The notes under the pieces are model-generated. The model saw nothing but the letters and a program-made list of their open reading frames with translations. It was not told where the DNA came from and searched no databases. A stretch of 33,682 nucleotides of DNA from a virus (Duplodnaviria > Caudoviricetes): IMG/VR virus record IMGVR_UViG_3300032330_000741, positions 1-33,682 of that record; one strand, 5' to 3'. Position numbers and translations under genes: made by a program. Positions within the stretch are counted from its first letter, which is position 1, and the number at the start of each line of letters is the position of its first letter. Of the stretch, positions 1-9,588 are shown piece by piece.

Positions 1-429
1 ACAAACGGAATATATACCGGCGGTGCATTCTCCACGCCTACCGTTACAGGCGGCACGTTTGCAGGCGGTGCATTCTCCACGCCTACCGTTACAGGCGGCA
101 CGTTTGCAGGCGGTGCATTCTCCACGCCTACCGTTACAGGCGGCACGTTTGCAGGCGGCACGTTCACATCACCCACGTTGGTCACTCCTGCCCTTGGGAC
201 GCCCGCCAGCGGCGTTATGACTAACGTGACGGGCTTGCCCCTCACCACGGGCGTGACGGGCCTCCTGCCCCTTGCTAACGGCGGTCTGAACGCCAGCACA
301 GCCGCAGGCGGACGCGCAACTATCGGCGCGGCTGCGTCGGGCGCTAACTCTGACATTACTTCGCTTACTGGTCTGACGGTGCCTCTGGCGTCCGTCGCGC
401 TAACCTTCGCCATTGCGGCGGCACTTTAG
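1..429 (+). CDS. 5'-truncated tail/fibre-like structural protein
   Basis: Frame +1 is open from base 1 ([21 protein letters not shown]...LPLANGG...) to TAG at 427-429; Gly/Thr/Ala-rich; lies in the structural cluster. Confidence 0.7.
   Translation, partial: TNGIYTGGAFSTPTVTGGTFAGGAFSTPTVTGGTFAGGAFSTPTVTGGTFAGGTFTSPTLVTPALGTPASGVMTNVTGLPLTTGVTGLLPLANGGLNASTAAGGRATIGAAASGANSDITSLTGLTVPLASVALTFAIAAAL
19..153 (+). repeat. Three identical 45-bp tandem repeats encoding [15 protein letters not shown]
   Basis: ggcggtgcattctccacgcctaccgttacaggcggcacgtttgca at 19, 64 and 109. Confidence 0.97.
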
Positions 430-439
430 GAGATAAATC

Positions 440-850
440 ATGGCCGTCACGCCAAACTCAATTGTTACGCCTCAAACGCCTATTGGATCGACCGCTGTTG
501 CAACCACGGCGAACACGACTTACACCGACACCCCAACCAACTCGGTGCAGCTTCTTGCTGCTCAAACCAACGGTGCGCGGATTCAGAAAGTCACCGCCCT
601 AGCACGAGCTACGGTATCGGCAACTGAGCTTCAGCTTTATGTCTCGGCTGACGGCGGCACAACTAAGAAATTCATTGGCTCTAAGTTAATGGCGGCTTAC
701 ACCGTTGCGGCCACAACCGCCCAGACCGTAATTGACTTCGGTTACACCGACGCATCGCCCCTGATCCTGTCGGCTGCTGAAAGCCTCTGGGTCGCGATCA
801 GCGTCACTAACACCGGCATCGTGTTCCGCACTGAAGGCTACGCCTACTAA
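440..850 (+). CDS. Hypothetical virion protein
   Basis: AGGAG ribosome-binding site; 136 aa, Thr/Ala-rich; structural context. Confidence 0.7.
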   Translation: MAVTPNSIVTPQTPIGSTAVATTANTTYTDTPTNSVQLLAAQTNGARIQKVTALARATVSATELQLYVSADGGTTKKFIGSKLMAAYTVAATTAQTVIDFGYTDASPLILSAAESLWVAISVTNTGIVFRTEGYAY

Positions 851-851
851 T

Positions 852-1712
852 ATGCAAAACGCCCCCACCATGTTAGGCCAAAAGATGATGAACCGGCAGG
901 CTCCTTACGGGCCTATCGGCATGGTTTCGCAGGATATGAGTGGAAATAAAAAGGTTTCTAACCGGTATATGTCCATCACTGCATCGGTGCTTCCGATAGC
1001 GGTTGGTTCATACGACGTTTACGTTTTTAATGCGTCGGGGACGTTTACAGTTAAATCGCTTGGGCCTGATCCGACCGAAGGCAGCAAGGTTGAGTATCTT
1101 GTGATTGCGGGCGGCGGCGGCGGTGGAAATACCGGAGGCGGCGGTGCCGGTGGTTATTTGGACGGCACCGGCTTAAGTGTGTTGGCACAAACCTACGCTA
1201 TTACAGTTGGTGGCGGAGGCGCATATTTTACTTCAGGAACTGCGGGTTCAATTGCATCTTTAATTTCCACAGTCGGAGGTGGAGGCGGCAATAGCACTTC
1301 TGGCGGCAGCGGATCGGGCGGAACCCCACTTATCAACACCCTCAATACCGTTGCGGGCGGTTCAGGCACCATAGGACAAGGCTTTGCGGGTGGACAAGGA
1401 GATGCCATTGTCGGTGCCACTTTGTACGGCGGGGGCGGAGGCGGAGGCGCGGGGGCGGCTGGCACGGGAGGCACGGGATCTGTCGGGGCGGGGGGCAACG
1501 GTGGAATAGGTAAAACTTCTAGCATTACCGGCACCTTAACTGGGCGAGGCGGCGGCGGTGGCGGCAAAGGCGGTGCAATTGATGGTGCCGGTTCCAGCGG
1601 AGGCGCTAATGCTATGCTTGATGCAACAGCAAACACCGGAGGCGGCGGCGGCGGCAATGGCGGAGCGGGCGGCTCCGGCGTAGTCATTATCCGAGTGAGA
1701 GCGAGGGCGTAA
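852..1712 (+). CDS. Glycine-rich domain virion protein
   Basis: VEYLVIAGGGGGG...GGGGAGG and terminal GGSGVVIIR motifs typical of phage Gly-rich domains. Confidence 0.8.
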   Translation: MQNAPTMLGQKMMNRQAPYGPIGMVSQDMSGNKKVSNRYMSITASVLPIAVGSYDVYVFNASGTFTVKSLGPDPTEGSKVEYLVIAGGGGGGNTGGGGAGGYLDGTGLSVLAQTYAITVGGGGAYFTSGTAGSIASLISTVGGGGGNSTSGGSGSGGTPLINTLNTVAGGSGTIGQGFAGGQGDAIVGATLYGGGGGGGAGAAGTGGTGSVGAGGNGGIGKTSSITGTLTGRGGGGGGKGGAIDGAGSSGGANAMLDATANTGGGGGGNGGAGGSGVVIIRVRARA

Positions 1713-1969
1713 TGGCACACTTTGCAAGATTGGACGCTGACAACATCGTAACCGAGGTTTTGGTTGTTGATAACGCGGTTCTTGGCGTTCCGGAAGATGA
1801 GGCCAACGGCATAGCTTGGCTGCGTGACTTTGATACCCTGCGCGGCTTCTCGCCTGCGAGATGGGTCCAGACAAGTTACAACGGCAATTTCCGAGGCCGG
1901 TATGCTGGGATTGGCATGATTTATGACGCCAGTTTGGACGAGTTCATTGCACCGGACCCCGCCCCATGA
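1712..1969 (+). CDS. Small conserved phage protein usually paired with Gly-rich proteins
   Basis: MAHFARLD..NIV..VLVV and WVQTSYNGNFRGRYAGIGMIYD motifs; TAATG coupling to the upstream gene. Confidence 0.75.
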   Translation: MAHFARLDADNIVTEVLVVDNAVLGVPEDEANGIAWLRDFDTLRGFSPARWVQTSYNGNFRGRYAGIGMIYDASLDEFIAPDPAP

Positions 1970-3489
1970 AAACGCCCATCCTCGGAGCAACCTATGTGGC
2001 CCGCAGCGTGAACGCTGCCGACAGCCGCATGGTCAATCTGTTTCCGGAAATCGTCCCTGAAGGCGGTCTTGAACCTGCGTTTCTAAGCAGAGCGCCAGGT
2101 CTTCGGCTGTTGACAACCTGCGGAACCGGACCTGTCCGAGGAATGTGGCAAACAACGACCTACGGCTATGTCGTGTCGGGCACAGAATTCTATTGCGTTG
2201 ATTCGACGTGGGCGGCTACCAAGCTAGGTGACGTGACCGGCACGGGGCCTGTTTCCATAGCCGACAACGGCGTTCAACTTTTCATTGCCTGCAATCCAGA
2301 CGCCTTTATCTACAACATGTCCACGGAAGTCTTTGAACAGATCACCGACGTGGACTTCCCCGGCGCGATCACCGTAAGCTATCTAGATGGGTATTTTGTA
2401 TTTAACGAACCCAACAGCCAACGGTTCTGGATTACGGCGATCTTTGACGGCACAAACATCGACGCGCTTGACTTCGCCAGCGCCGAAGGCTCGCCGGATG
2501 GCCTGTCGTCCATCATCGTTGACCATTGCGAACTGTGGCTGTTCGGCACCAACTCTATTGAAGTCTGGTACGACTCCGGCGGCGCGGACTTCCCCTTTAC
2601 ACGCATCCAAGGCGCGTTCAACGAGATTGGCTGCGCGGCCCCCTATTCGGTTGCCAAGCTAGACAACGGCCTGTTCTGGCTAGGCTCAGACGCACGCGGT
2701 CGCGGTATTGTCTACCGTGCCAACGGCTACACCGGACAGCGTGTCAGCACCCACGGCGTCGAATGGCAAATCCAACAGTACGCAACCATAAGCGATGCTA
2801 TCGGATACACCTATCAGCAAGACGGCCATGCCTTTTATGTGCTCGTCTTCCCTACCGCCAAGACAACGTGGGTCTACGACGTCGCCACAGGCGCTTGGCA
2901 TGAGCGGGCCAGTTGGATTGACGACGCCTTTGACCGTCACCGTGGCAACTGCCAGATGGTGTTTAACAACGAAATCGCCATTGGCGACTTTGAAAACGGT
3001 AACGTCTATGCGTTTGATCTAAACGTCTACGACGACAACGGCGCTACACAGCGCTGGATGCGTCTGTGGCGGGCGCTGCCGACTGGACAAAACGATCTTA
3101 AGCGTGCCGCGCACCATGCCTTGCAACTCGACTGCGAGGCGGGCGTTGGCTTGAACGGGCCGGGGCCTGATGACACCTTTTACCTAATGACTGAAACTAG
3201 CAACTTCTTGGTTACGGAATCTGGCGATTATCTTGTAGAAGACTTTATTCCCGTAATTGGCACGGACCCACAGGTCACGCTGCGCTGGTCCGACGACGGT
3301 GGTCACACATGGTCTAACGAGCACTGGCGCTCAATGGGCCGCATTGGTGAATACGGCCATCGCACGATCTGGCGCAGGCTTGGCATGACGGTCAAACTGC
3401 GCGACCGCGTGTACGAGATTGCAGGCACGGATCCGGTTAAGATTGCCATCATGGGCGCTGAATTACAGGTCAGCCCAACCAATGGCTAA
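1966..3489 (+). CDS. P22 gp10-like packaged-DNA stabilisation / tail hub protein
   Basis: 507 aa; YLDGYFVF, FASAEGSPD, LWLFGTNSIEVW and LRWSDDGGHTWSNE motifs. Confidence 0.9.
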   Translation: MKTPILGATYVARSVNAADSRMVNLFPEIVPEGGLEPAFLSRAPGLRLLTTCGTGPVRGMWQTTTYGYVVSGTEFYCVDSTWAATKLGDVTGTGPVSIADNGVQLFIACNPDAFIYNMSTEVFEQITDVDFPGAITVSYLDGYFVFNEPNSQRFWITAIFDGTNIDALDFASAEGSPDGLSSIIVDHCELWLFGTNSIEVWYDSGGADFPFTRIQGAFNEIGCAAPYSVAKLDNGLFWLGSDARGRGIVYRANGYTGQRVSTHGVEWQIQQYATISDAIGYTYQQDGHAFYVLVFPTAKTTWVYDVATGAWHERASWIDDAFDRHRGNCQMVFNNEIAIGDFENGNVYAFDLNVYDDNGATQRWMRLWRALPTGQNDLKRAAHHALQLDCEAGVGLNGPGPDDTFYLMTETSNFLVTESGDYLVEDFIPVIGTDPQVTLRWSDDGGHTWSNEHWRSMGRIGEYGHRTIWRRLGMTVKLRDRVYEIAGTDPVKIAIMGAELQVSPTNG

Positions 3490-4189
3490 CGTTACCCAAA
3501 TCCCCGCACCCCGCGTTCCAATCATCGACGAGCGCACGGGCTTAATTTCGCGTGAGTGGTTCAGGTTTTTTAACAACCTGTTCACTTTGCTTGGTGACGG
3601 CTCGACGGACGACATCACGCAGTTCCTGCAAATCTCACCTTCGTCTGAAGTCTTCAGCGTTTCGCAGTTAGCCGAGACGGCTAAAGCATTGCAGGCGCTT
3701 GACGTGGGTCCAGCCTATACGCCGCAACTGGCTCGCTACGTCTATGGCGCGTTTCGTGACAGCACAACTCAAACCGCTGCGGCTATTAACACGGCCTACC
3801 CAATTACCTTTGGCTTTACAGATGCCTCTGTTGGGGCCACCCGTGGCACCCCGACATCGCGCATCTATGTGGACCGGCCAGCAATCTACAATGTTGAGTT
3901 TTCGCTGCAACTAAACAAGACAACAGCGGCGGCAAAGAACGTCTGGGTTTGGCTTCGCTTAAACGGTACGGACATCGCCAACAGCGCAAGACAGGTTACA
4001 CTTGCGGGCACTAGCGCAGCATCTGTCGCCACGTCAAACTTTGTGCTAAACATGAACGCAGGCGACTATTTCGAATTGGTATGGTCAACGGATGATACGG
4101 GCTGTCAAATCGTTGCTGTCGCAGCTACTGCGCCTGTTCCGGCTATTCCGTCTGCCATCCTTACCGTTATTAGCAACATCTCCGCATAA
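3482..4189 (+). CDS. Hypothetical tail protein
   Basis: Likely start ATG 3482 (MANVTQIPAPRVPIIDERTGLISREWFRFF); directly follows the gp10-like gene; beta-rich C-terminus. Confidence 0.7.
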   Translation: MANVTQIPAPRVPIIDERTGLISREWFRFFNNLFTLLGDGSTDDITQFLQISPSSEVFSVSQLAETAKALQALDVGPAYTPQLARYVYGAFRDSTTQTAAAINTAYPITFGFTDASVGATRGTPTSRIYVDRPAIYNVEFSLQLNKTTAAAKNVWVWLRLNGTDIANSARQVTLAGTSAASVATSNFVLNMNAGDYFELVWSTDDTGCQIVAVAATAPVPAIPSAILTVISNISA

Positions 4190-4199
4190 GGGTCTTCAA

Positions 4200-6269
4200 A
4201 TGGTTGCTTATCTCTCCCCAGAACCTAAGCTCCAGTTTTTCAGCACTGCGGGCGTACCGCTAGATAGCGGAAAAATCTACACATATGCGGCTGGCACAAC
4301 AACGCCGCTTGCGACCTTTGCCGATAGCACGGCTGCGGTTAACAACCCCAACCCGATTATCTTGGACTCTCGCGGTGAGGCCTCCATCTGGTTGGGTACG
4401 CAATCCTATAAGTTCAAACTCACGACGTCAGACGACGTTGAGATCTGGACCGTAGACAACATTAGCCTTGGCCCCTTCCCCGACAGCACGGCATCTATCG
4501 TCGCGGCCTCCGTCACTGCGGTAGGCGTAGTGTACGCGGCCAGTAATGGCTCCGATCTAATCGGCCACAAAGGCACCGGAGTAAACGCAACCACGACGAC
4601 GGTCGGGGCGAAACTGCGCCAGATCGTCAACATCAAGGATTATGGCGCAGTCGGTGATGGCGTCACAGACGACACGCTTGCGGTGCAGCGGGCAATTACA
4701 AACTCGACGGGCGTCGTTTATATTCCAGCCGGAACATTTAAGATTACCGGCATAACGCTGACGGCTGGCAAGCAATTGATCGGTGAGAACCGAGCAACGT
4801 CGATTCTGAAGTTGGGTGCGGCGCTTGCGGGCAACGGCATGATTAATGCCACCTATGCAAACGATATTGTGGTCGAAAACCTGACAATTGACGGCGGGTC
4901 GCTGGTCGGCACCAAAAACGCGCTAATTAACTTTTTTGGGTGCCATAATGCTCGAATTGAAAACAACAGCATTATTAACACCGATCAATTTGCCATATCT
5001 TGCAACTCAATGAATTACGCAATTATTCGCGGAAATAACATTGTCATGCCTCAACTTGTTGGTGCATGGATTGACACAAGCACGGTTGTACCTGGCTCTG
5101 GTGGGCCTGTAAGCGCCACGGGGCTAGTCGGCACCATCTCGGCTCCAACGGGCGTTGGCGGCGTTCAAGCGGCGTTTACCTATAGCACCACGGCGGGCGG
5201 CGCAGTCATTCCTAGCTCAATTTCGTTCTCAACCAACGGGCGCGGCTATCTAACCAACCCCACAGCGTCATTCCCTGCGGTCCCAGGTTCATCCTGCACG
5301 GCTCGCTACGGCGGCGCTCAAGTCCAAGCAATAACCTACCCAGCAAGTTCGACTAGCGTTGTCGGCGAAGGTGTAGAAATTAGCCAAAATTATATGGAAG
5401 GGGGCGGAGTTAACGTAACTATACAAAACTCCAACCTCTCGGGTAACGTGCTTCGTAACGTAATTTTTGGCGGCGGGTTTGTATCTGAACAATTTACTAA
5501 TGTTGGAAAAAATATCTATTCTAATAACGTAACAACCCGTATGGGCTTTTGCACACTTGCAGGCACTCCATACGCCAACACCTACATTGGCCCCGACACA
5601 AATAACACCGTTGCTAGCGGGTTTGAATTGTGGGGTCTTTACGAACAATGTCTTAATAACGTGTGCTTTAATAACGCCAGCAACGGAATTAGTTTTGGCG
5701 CACAGGGCGGTATTTGCTCTGGAAATATAATTTTTGATAACAGTCAATATTGGGCCACATTAGGTATCTATACCATTTGCGGAATTGCAATACCTGTTGG
5801 TAACGCCACATATAACGGTAATTATGTTCTTGTATCTAATAACCGTTGTTTTGACCAAAATGGCGTATCTGGAACTCAAGGCTATGGTATCGGCACAAAC
5901 TCGCCATCGCTTGTTGGATTAAAAATTGTTGATAACGACACTTTTGGCAATCGCGTTGGGCCATATTATTTTCAAGGGTCCACCCTCGCCTACTTTCGCG
6001 GACGCCGCATTGAAGGGCGGTCTACCGTCAACCCTGCCAGCATCGCCGCTGCCGGTTCGGCTGACTATGCTGTCACGGTGCCTGGCTTGGATACGGGCAA
6101 CTGGCTTCTATCGTCTAATTTTATCGGTGTTACGACGGAACCAATGATGATGACTACTCGCTATACCTCGTCCAACACCGCCACCGTTCGCCTGTTCAAT
6201 TTCAGCGCAGCAGCCTATGATTTGCCAAGCGGCAACCTATTGGTTCAAGCCGAAGAAGTCATTGCGTAG
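4200..6269 (+). CDS. Tailspike / receptor-binding protein with pectate-lyase-like beta-helix
   Basis: N-terminal virion-anchor motif (PKLQFF..GVPL..GKIYTYAAGTTTP...NPNPIILDSRGEA); VNIKDYGAVGDGVTDDTLAVQRAI...VYIPAG; Asn-rich beta-helix repeats; likely start ATG 4200. Confidence 0.85.
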   Translation: MVAYLSPEPKLQFFSTAGVPLDSGKIYTYAAGTTTPLATFADSTAAVNNPNPIILDSRGEASIWLGTQSYKFKLTTSDDVEIWTVDNISLGPFPDSTASIVAASVTAVGVVYAASNGSDLIGHKGTGVNATTTTVGAKLRQIVNIKDYGAVGDGVTDDTLAVQRAITNSTGVVYIPAGTFKITGITLTAGKQLIGENRATSILKLGAALAGNGMINATYANDIVVENLTIDGGSLVGTKNALINFFGCHNARIENNSIINTDQFAISCNSMNYAIIRGNNIVMPQLVGAWIDTSTVVPGSGGPVSATGLVGTISAPTGVGGVQAAFTYSTTAGGAVIPSSISFSTNGRGYLTNPTASFPAVPGSSCTARYGGAQVQAITYPASSTSVVGEGVEISQNYMEGGGVNVTIQNSNLSGNVLRNVIFGGGFVSEQFTNVGKNIYSNNVTTRMGFCTLAGTPYANTYIGPDTNNTVASGFELWGLYEQCLNNVCFNNASNGISFGAQGGICSGNIIFDNSQYWATLGIYTICGIAIPVGNATYNGNYVLVSNNRCFDQNGVSGTQGYGIGTNSPSLVGLKIVDNDTFGNRVGPYYFQGSTLAYFRGRRIEGRSTVNPASIAAAGSADYAVTVPGLDTGNWLLSSNFIGVTTEPMMMTTRYTSSNTATVRLFNFSAAAYDLPSGNLLVQAEEVIA

Positions 6270-6277
6270 GAGCTATC

Positions 6278-6613
6278 ATGACCGTCACCGTTAAAGTTCT
6301 CATTCCAGCCAAGACTGCGGAGGCCACGCAGACAACGCAGTACACCGCGACGGGCGTCACCACGCTTATCGACAAGTTCACGGCCACCAACTACAGCGTG
6401 GCTGCGGCTACGATCAGCGTCAACTTGGTGACGGGTGCGGACACGGCGGGCAGCAATAACCTGATCGTCAAGACCAAGACGTTGCAGGCTGGCGAGACCT
6501 ACACGTTCCCTGAGATTGTCGGCGCTGCGCTTGCGGCTAGCGGGTTCATCTCGACGATTGCCGGCACGGCTTCGGCCATCAACATCCGTGCCAGCGGGCG
6601 GGAGATCAGCTAG
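6278..6613 (+). CDS. Hypothetical virion protein
   Basis: AGGAG RBS; 111 aa; tail-cluster context. Confidence 0.7.
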   Translation: MTVTVKVLIPAKTAEATQTTQYTATGVTTLIDKFTATNYSVAAATISVNLVTGADTAGSNNLIVKTKTLQAGETYTFPEIVGAALAASGFISTIAGTASAINIRASGREIS

Positions 6614-7083
6614 TGGATGTGGCTCAACATGAGTTCACCGTACCCAACCCGCGCAACATGCGGGGCAAAGTCGAGGCGCTTCAGAAAGCCATATCCAAGT
6701 TCGAGCAATACGAGCCTGAGACCAAGCACACGTTTCACGGCGGGATGTATTGCCGGGAGGTCCGTAGTGCTCAAGGCGCTTTGATTGTCGGTAAAGTCCA
6801 CAAGCAAGAGCATTTCTTTATGCTGCTGTCGGGGTCCATTATCGTAACGGAAGGCGACGACGCTACGCCCCTAACTGCACCCTGTATTTTGAGCAGCAAG
6901 CCGGGGACAAAGCGGGCCATCTTTATGGTTGAACCATCCGTTTTTGTTACGGTTCACCGCACTGACGCTACTACGGTTGAAGACGCAGAAAACGAATTGG
7001 TAGAATTTGATCCTGATGCTATGTTTGACGTCGGGAATAAAGCAAAACCGCAAGATATTGAGGCGATCTCATGGCGTTCATAA
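6613..7083 (+). CDS. Cupin-like (RmlC fold) protein
   Basis: HTFHGGMYCREV...LIVGKVHKQEHFFMLLSGSI...PGTKR...VTVH resembles cupin motifs 1 and 2. Confidence 0.65.
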   Translation: MDVAQHEFTVPNPRNMRGKVEALQKAISKFEQYEPETKHTFHGGMYCREVRSAQGALIVGKVHKQEHFFMLLSGSIIVTEGDDATPLTAPCILSSKPGTKRAIFMVEPSVFVTVHRTDATTVEDAENELVEFDPDAMFDVGNKAKPQDIEAISWRS

Positions 7084-7811
7084 CCGCAGCCCTTATCGGC
7101 GCAGGCGCGTCACTAGCCGGTGGCCTGATGGGTGCGTCTGCTGCTGGCAAAGCGTCTAATGCTCAAGTTCAAGCATCACGCGAAGCCGCCGCTCAACAGC
7201 AGGCAATGTTTGACAAGCAGATTGAACTGCAAGCGCCGTTCCGTGAGGCTGGCCTCACCGCCCAAAACAAACTGTTGCAGTACCTTGGTTTGTCCGGCTC
7301 GGCTGGCGACGCAGGCTACGGCAAGTATGCCGGCGACTTCTCCATGAATGACTTCACAACGGACCCCGGCTACGCTTTTCGTTTGGCTGAAGGTAACAAG
7401 GCGCTTGACCGTACCGCCGCCGCCCGTGGTGGCCTGCTTTCTGGCGGCGCTATGAAGGCCGCGCAGCGCTACGGCCAAGACATGGGTAGCCAAGAATACA
7501 TGAATGCGTTTAACCGCTACCAGACCAACCGCGCCAACCAAATTAACCCGCTTCAGAGCTTAATGGGCGCAGGCCAGACCGCTGCCAACACGCTGACAAC
7601 CGCTGCCGGTACGTTAGGTACAAATCTAGCCGAAAACTCTATAGGCGCAGGCAATGCTCGTGCGTCTGGATATGTCGGTGCCGCCAATGCTTTGACGGGT
7701 GCGCTGAACCAAGGTGTGAACAATTACACAAACTTACAGCGTATTGGTGCCATGACGCCATCATCCAATCTTTCAAACTTCGCGTTTGGATCTTGGGGTG
7801 GCCCGAACTAA
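7071..7811 (+). CDS. DNA ejection/transfer protein (P22 gp7-like)
   Basis: Hydrophobic Gly/Ala N-terminus; DPGYAFRL.EG...AAARGGLLSG motif; position before two larger ejection-type genes. Confidence 0.75.
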   Translation: MAFITAALIGAGASLAGGLMGASAAGKASNAQVQASREAAAQQQAMFDKQIELQAPFREAGLTAQNKLLQYLGLSGSAGDAGYGKYAGDFSMNDFTTDPGYAFRLAEGNKALDRTAAARGGLLSGGAMKAAQRYGQDMGSQEYMNAFNRYQTNRANQINPLQSLMGAGQTAANTLTTAAGTLGTNLAENSIGAGNARASGYVGAANALTGALNQGVNNYTNLQRIGAMTPSSNLSNFAFGSWGGPN

Positions 7812-7839
7812 TACGTTGGTTTAAGTTAAGGATATTCGG

Positions 7840-9588
7840 ATGCCTATCGACCCTAACATCGCCCTTAGCTTTAAGCCGTCTGTTGCGCTTGAAGACCCGA
7901 TACAGCAGTACGGGCGTATGCAGCAAATCCAAGCTAATGCTATGGAAATGAAAAAAGCCTCAATGGCTAACGCTTTGGCTGCGCGGAAGATGCAGGGTGA
8001 AGCAGCGGTAGCCAATGCGCTTAAAAACTATTACGCGCCGCAAGCGGGCGCTTCCGGAACTGTGGGTGAAATGCCTGATCCTGAAGCGGCGGCTAAATCT
8101 TTAGCTGCAGCCGGGTTTGGGGACCTTATTCCAAACACATTAAAAGGGCTTTACGAAGGTAAAGAGCAAAAATTTAAGTCCATAGATGCCGAAGAAAAAG
8201 CGGTAGTTTCCGCCGCAGGCACACAACGAATGTTACTTGATAACCTTCCGGACACACCTGAAGCATTTAAAAGATGGACTATAAGCAACTTTGAGAATGA
8301 CACGCTTGGGCGTAGATTAAAAAAAGGCGGTCATAGCTTAGAAGAAGCCCTAGCCGCAATTGACGCCGCCGCGCAACAAGGCCCAGAAGCGTTAGCCGCG
8401 CTAAGACAAAAAGCTGTGTTAGGCTTGAGTGAGTTTACTAAGCTAAACGCACCTAAATTTTATGAGCGTAACCTTGGTGATAGATCCGTTCTTACTGCAG
8501 TCCCCGGCTTGGGTGGCCCTGCGTCAACTGTTGCTGGTTCTGAGCTAGCCGTTGCAACACCAGATCAGATCGTTACGCCCGCAGGCGGCGGGATGTACAG
8601 GGTCAATCCTAGAGGCGGCGGCTTCACCGAAGTTACGCAAGGCGGCGGTGTCCCCGGTGCCCGCGCACCCGCGCCTGCTGGCGGTCCTGCTGCACCTGCG
8701 GCTGGCGTGCCTTCCATCGTAGCCAATAACAATCCCGGCGCTTTGGAATATCGCCCGTGGATGAAGAAATACGGCGGCGAACCGTCCGCTGATGGGCGCT
8801 TCGCTGCGTTCCCCTCGCCGCAGCAAGGCGCTGCCGCACAAGAGGCGCTCCTGCGCCTCGATTATATCGGCAAGGGCGTCAACACGATTGACAAGATCGT
8901 AGACCGTTATCTCGGGACCGGTGCTGAGAACACGCCAGAGCAACGGGCAAACTACAAGGCTACGCTTGTGCAACAGCTTGGCATCCCCGCCAATGCGCAA
9001 CTTCAGCCTGGCGTTGTCCCTAAACTGGCGGCGGCTATGCGTGGCTTTGAAACTGGGATGGGCGGCGGCGCTCCTGCTGCGCCTGCTGGTGCTCCTGCTG
9101 CACCGCAAGCAGCCAGCACCGAGGGGCTGACTATTGACCAGTTAGAAAAACGTAAGTCGGCAGTAGCGATTACCGCTATTATGGGTTGGAACCCTGCCAC
9201 AGGCCAAGATAGGGTTCGAGATCTCATTAATGCGTCACCTAGCGGCGTAATAGACACTGCTTCAAATTGGTTTAAGGGCCAACAAGATAGAAAAGGAACC
9301 CCGGCAACTAACGCCGCCGCGGCCCTTAAGAGTATAGGCGCAAACCTAACTTTGGCTATGGCCCCCGGCGGTAAACTGGGCGCGGGGTTTTCGAACGAAG
9401 ACCGCGTTACTGTTGAAAAACAAATTGGCGATATTGCTAATACGCTGTTGCCTGTGGGCGACAGATTAGCTGCGTATGACGAGCTACAGCGTTTTATGGC
9501 TTCACGGTTAGGCTTCGAATATTCGCCGCCTAAATCTGGCAACGGCAAAAGCGGCGGCGGTAAAAATGACCCGTTAGGTATCCGCTAA
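7840..9588 (+). CDS. Ejection protein with internal lysozyme-like domain
   Basis: Ala/Gly/Gln-rich; NNNPGAL...FAAFPSPQQG...TIDKIVDRY...EN...Y segment flanked by Pro/Ala linkers. Confidence 0.65.
   Translation: MPIDPNIALSFKPSVALEDPIQQYGRMQQIQANAMEMKKASMANALAARKMQGEAAVANALKNYYAPQAGASGTVGEMPDPEAAAKSLAAAGFGDLIPNTLKGLYEGKEQKFKSIDAEEKAVVSAAGTQRMLLDNLPDTPEAFKRWTISNFENDTLGRRLKKGGHSLEEALAAIDAAAQQGPEALAALRQKAVLGLSEFTKLNAPKFYERNLGDRSVLTAVPGLGGPASTVAGSELAVATPDQIVTPAGGGMYRVNPRGGGFTEVTQGGGVPGARAPAPAGGPAAPAAGVPSIVANNNPGALEYRPWMKKYGGEPSADGRFAAFPSPQQGAAAQEALLRLDYIGKGVNTIDKIVDRYLGTGAENTPEQRANYKATLVQQLGIPANAQLQPGVVPKLAAAMRGFETGMGGGAPAAPAGAPAAPQAASTEGLTIDQLEKRKSAVAITAIMGWNPATGQDRVRDLINASPSGVIDTASNWFKGQQDRKGTPATNAAAALKSIGANLTLAMAPGGKLGAGFSNEDRVTVEKQIGDIANTLLPVGDRLAAYDELQRFMASRLGFEYSPPKSGNGKSGGGKNDPLGIR

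Noticed and set aside
19-153. CRISPR array
   Set aside because: Repeats are contiguous with no spacers and are in frame within a CDS
1193-1990. Pro-rich 265-aa minus-strand ORF and other antisense or nested ORFs in the track
   Set aside because: Shadow frames of Gly/Ala-rich real genes; no independent motifs
7821-7829. TTAAGTTAA as a CtrA site
   Set aside because: Half-site spacing is 1 nt rather than 7
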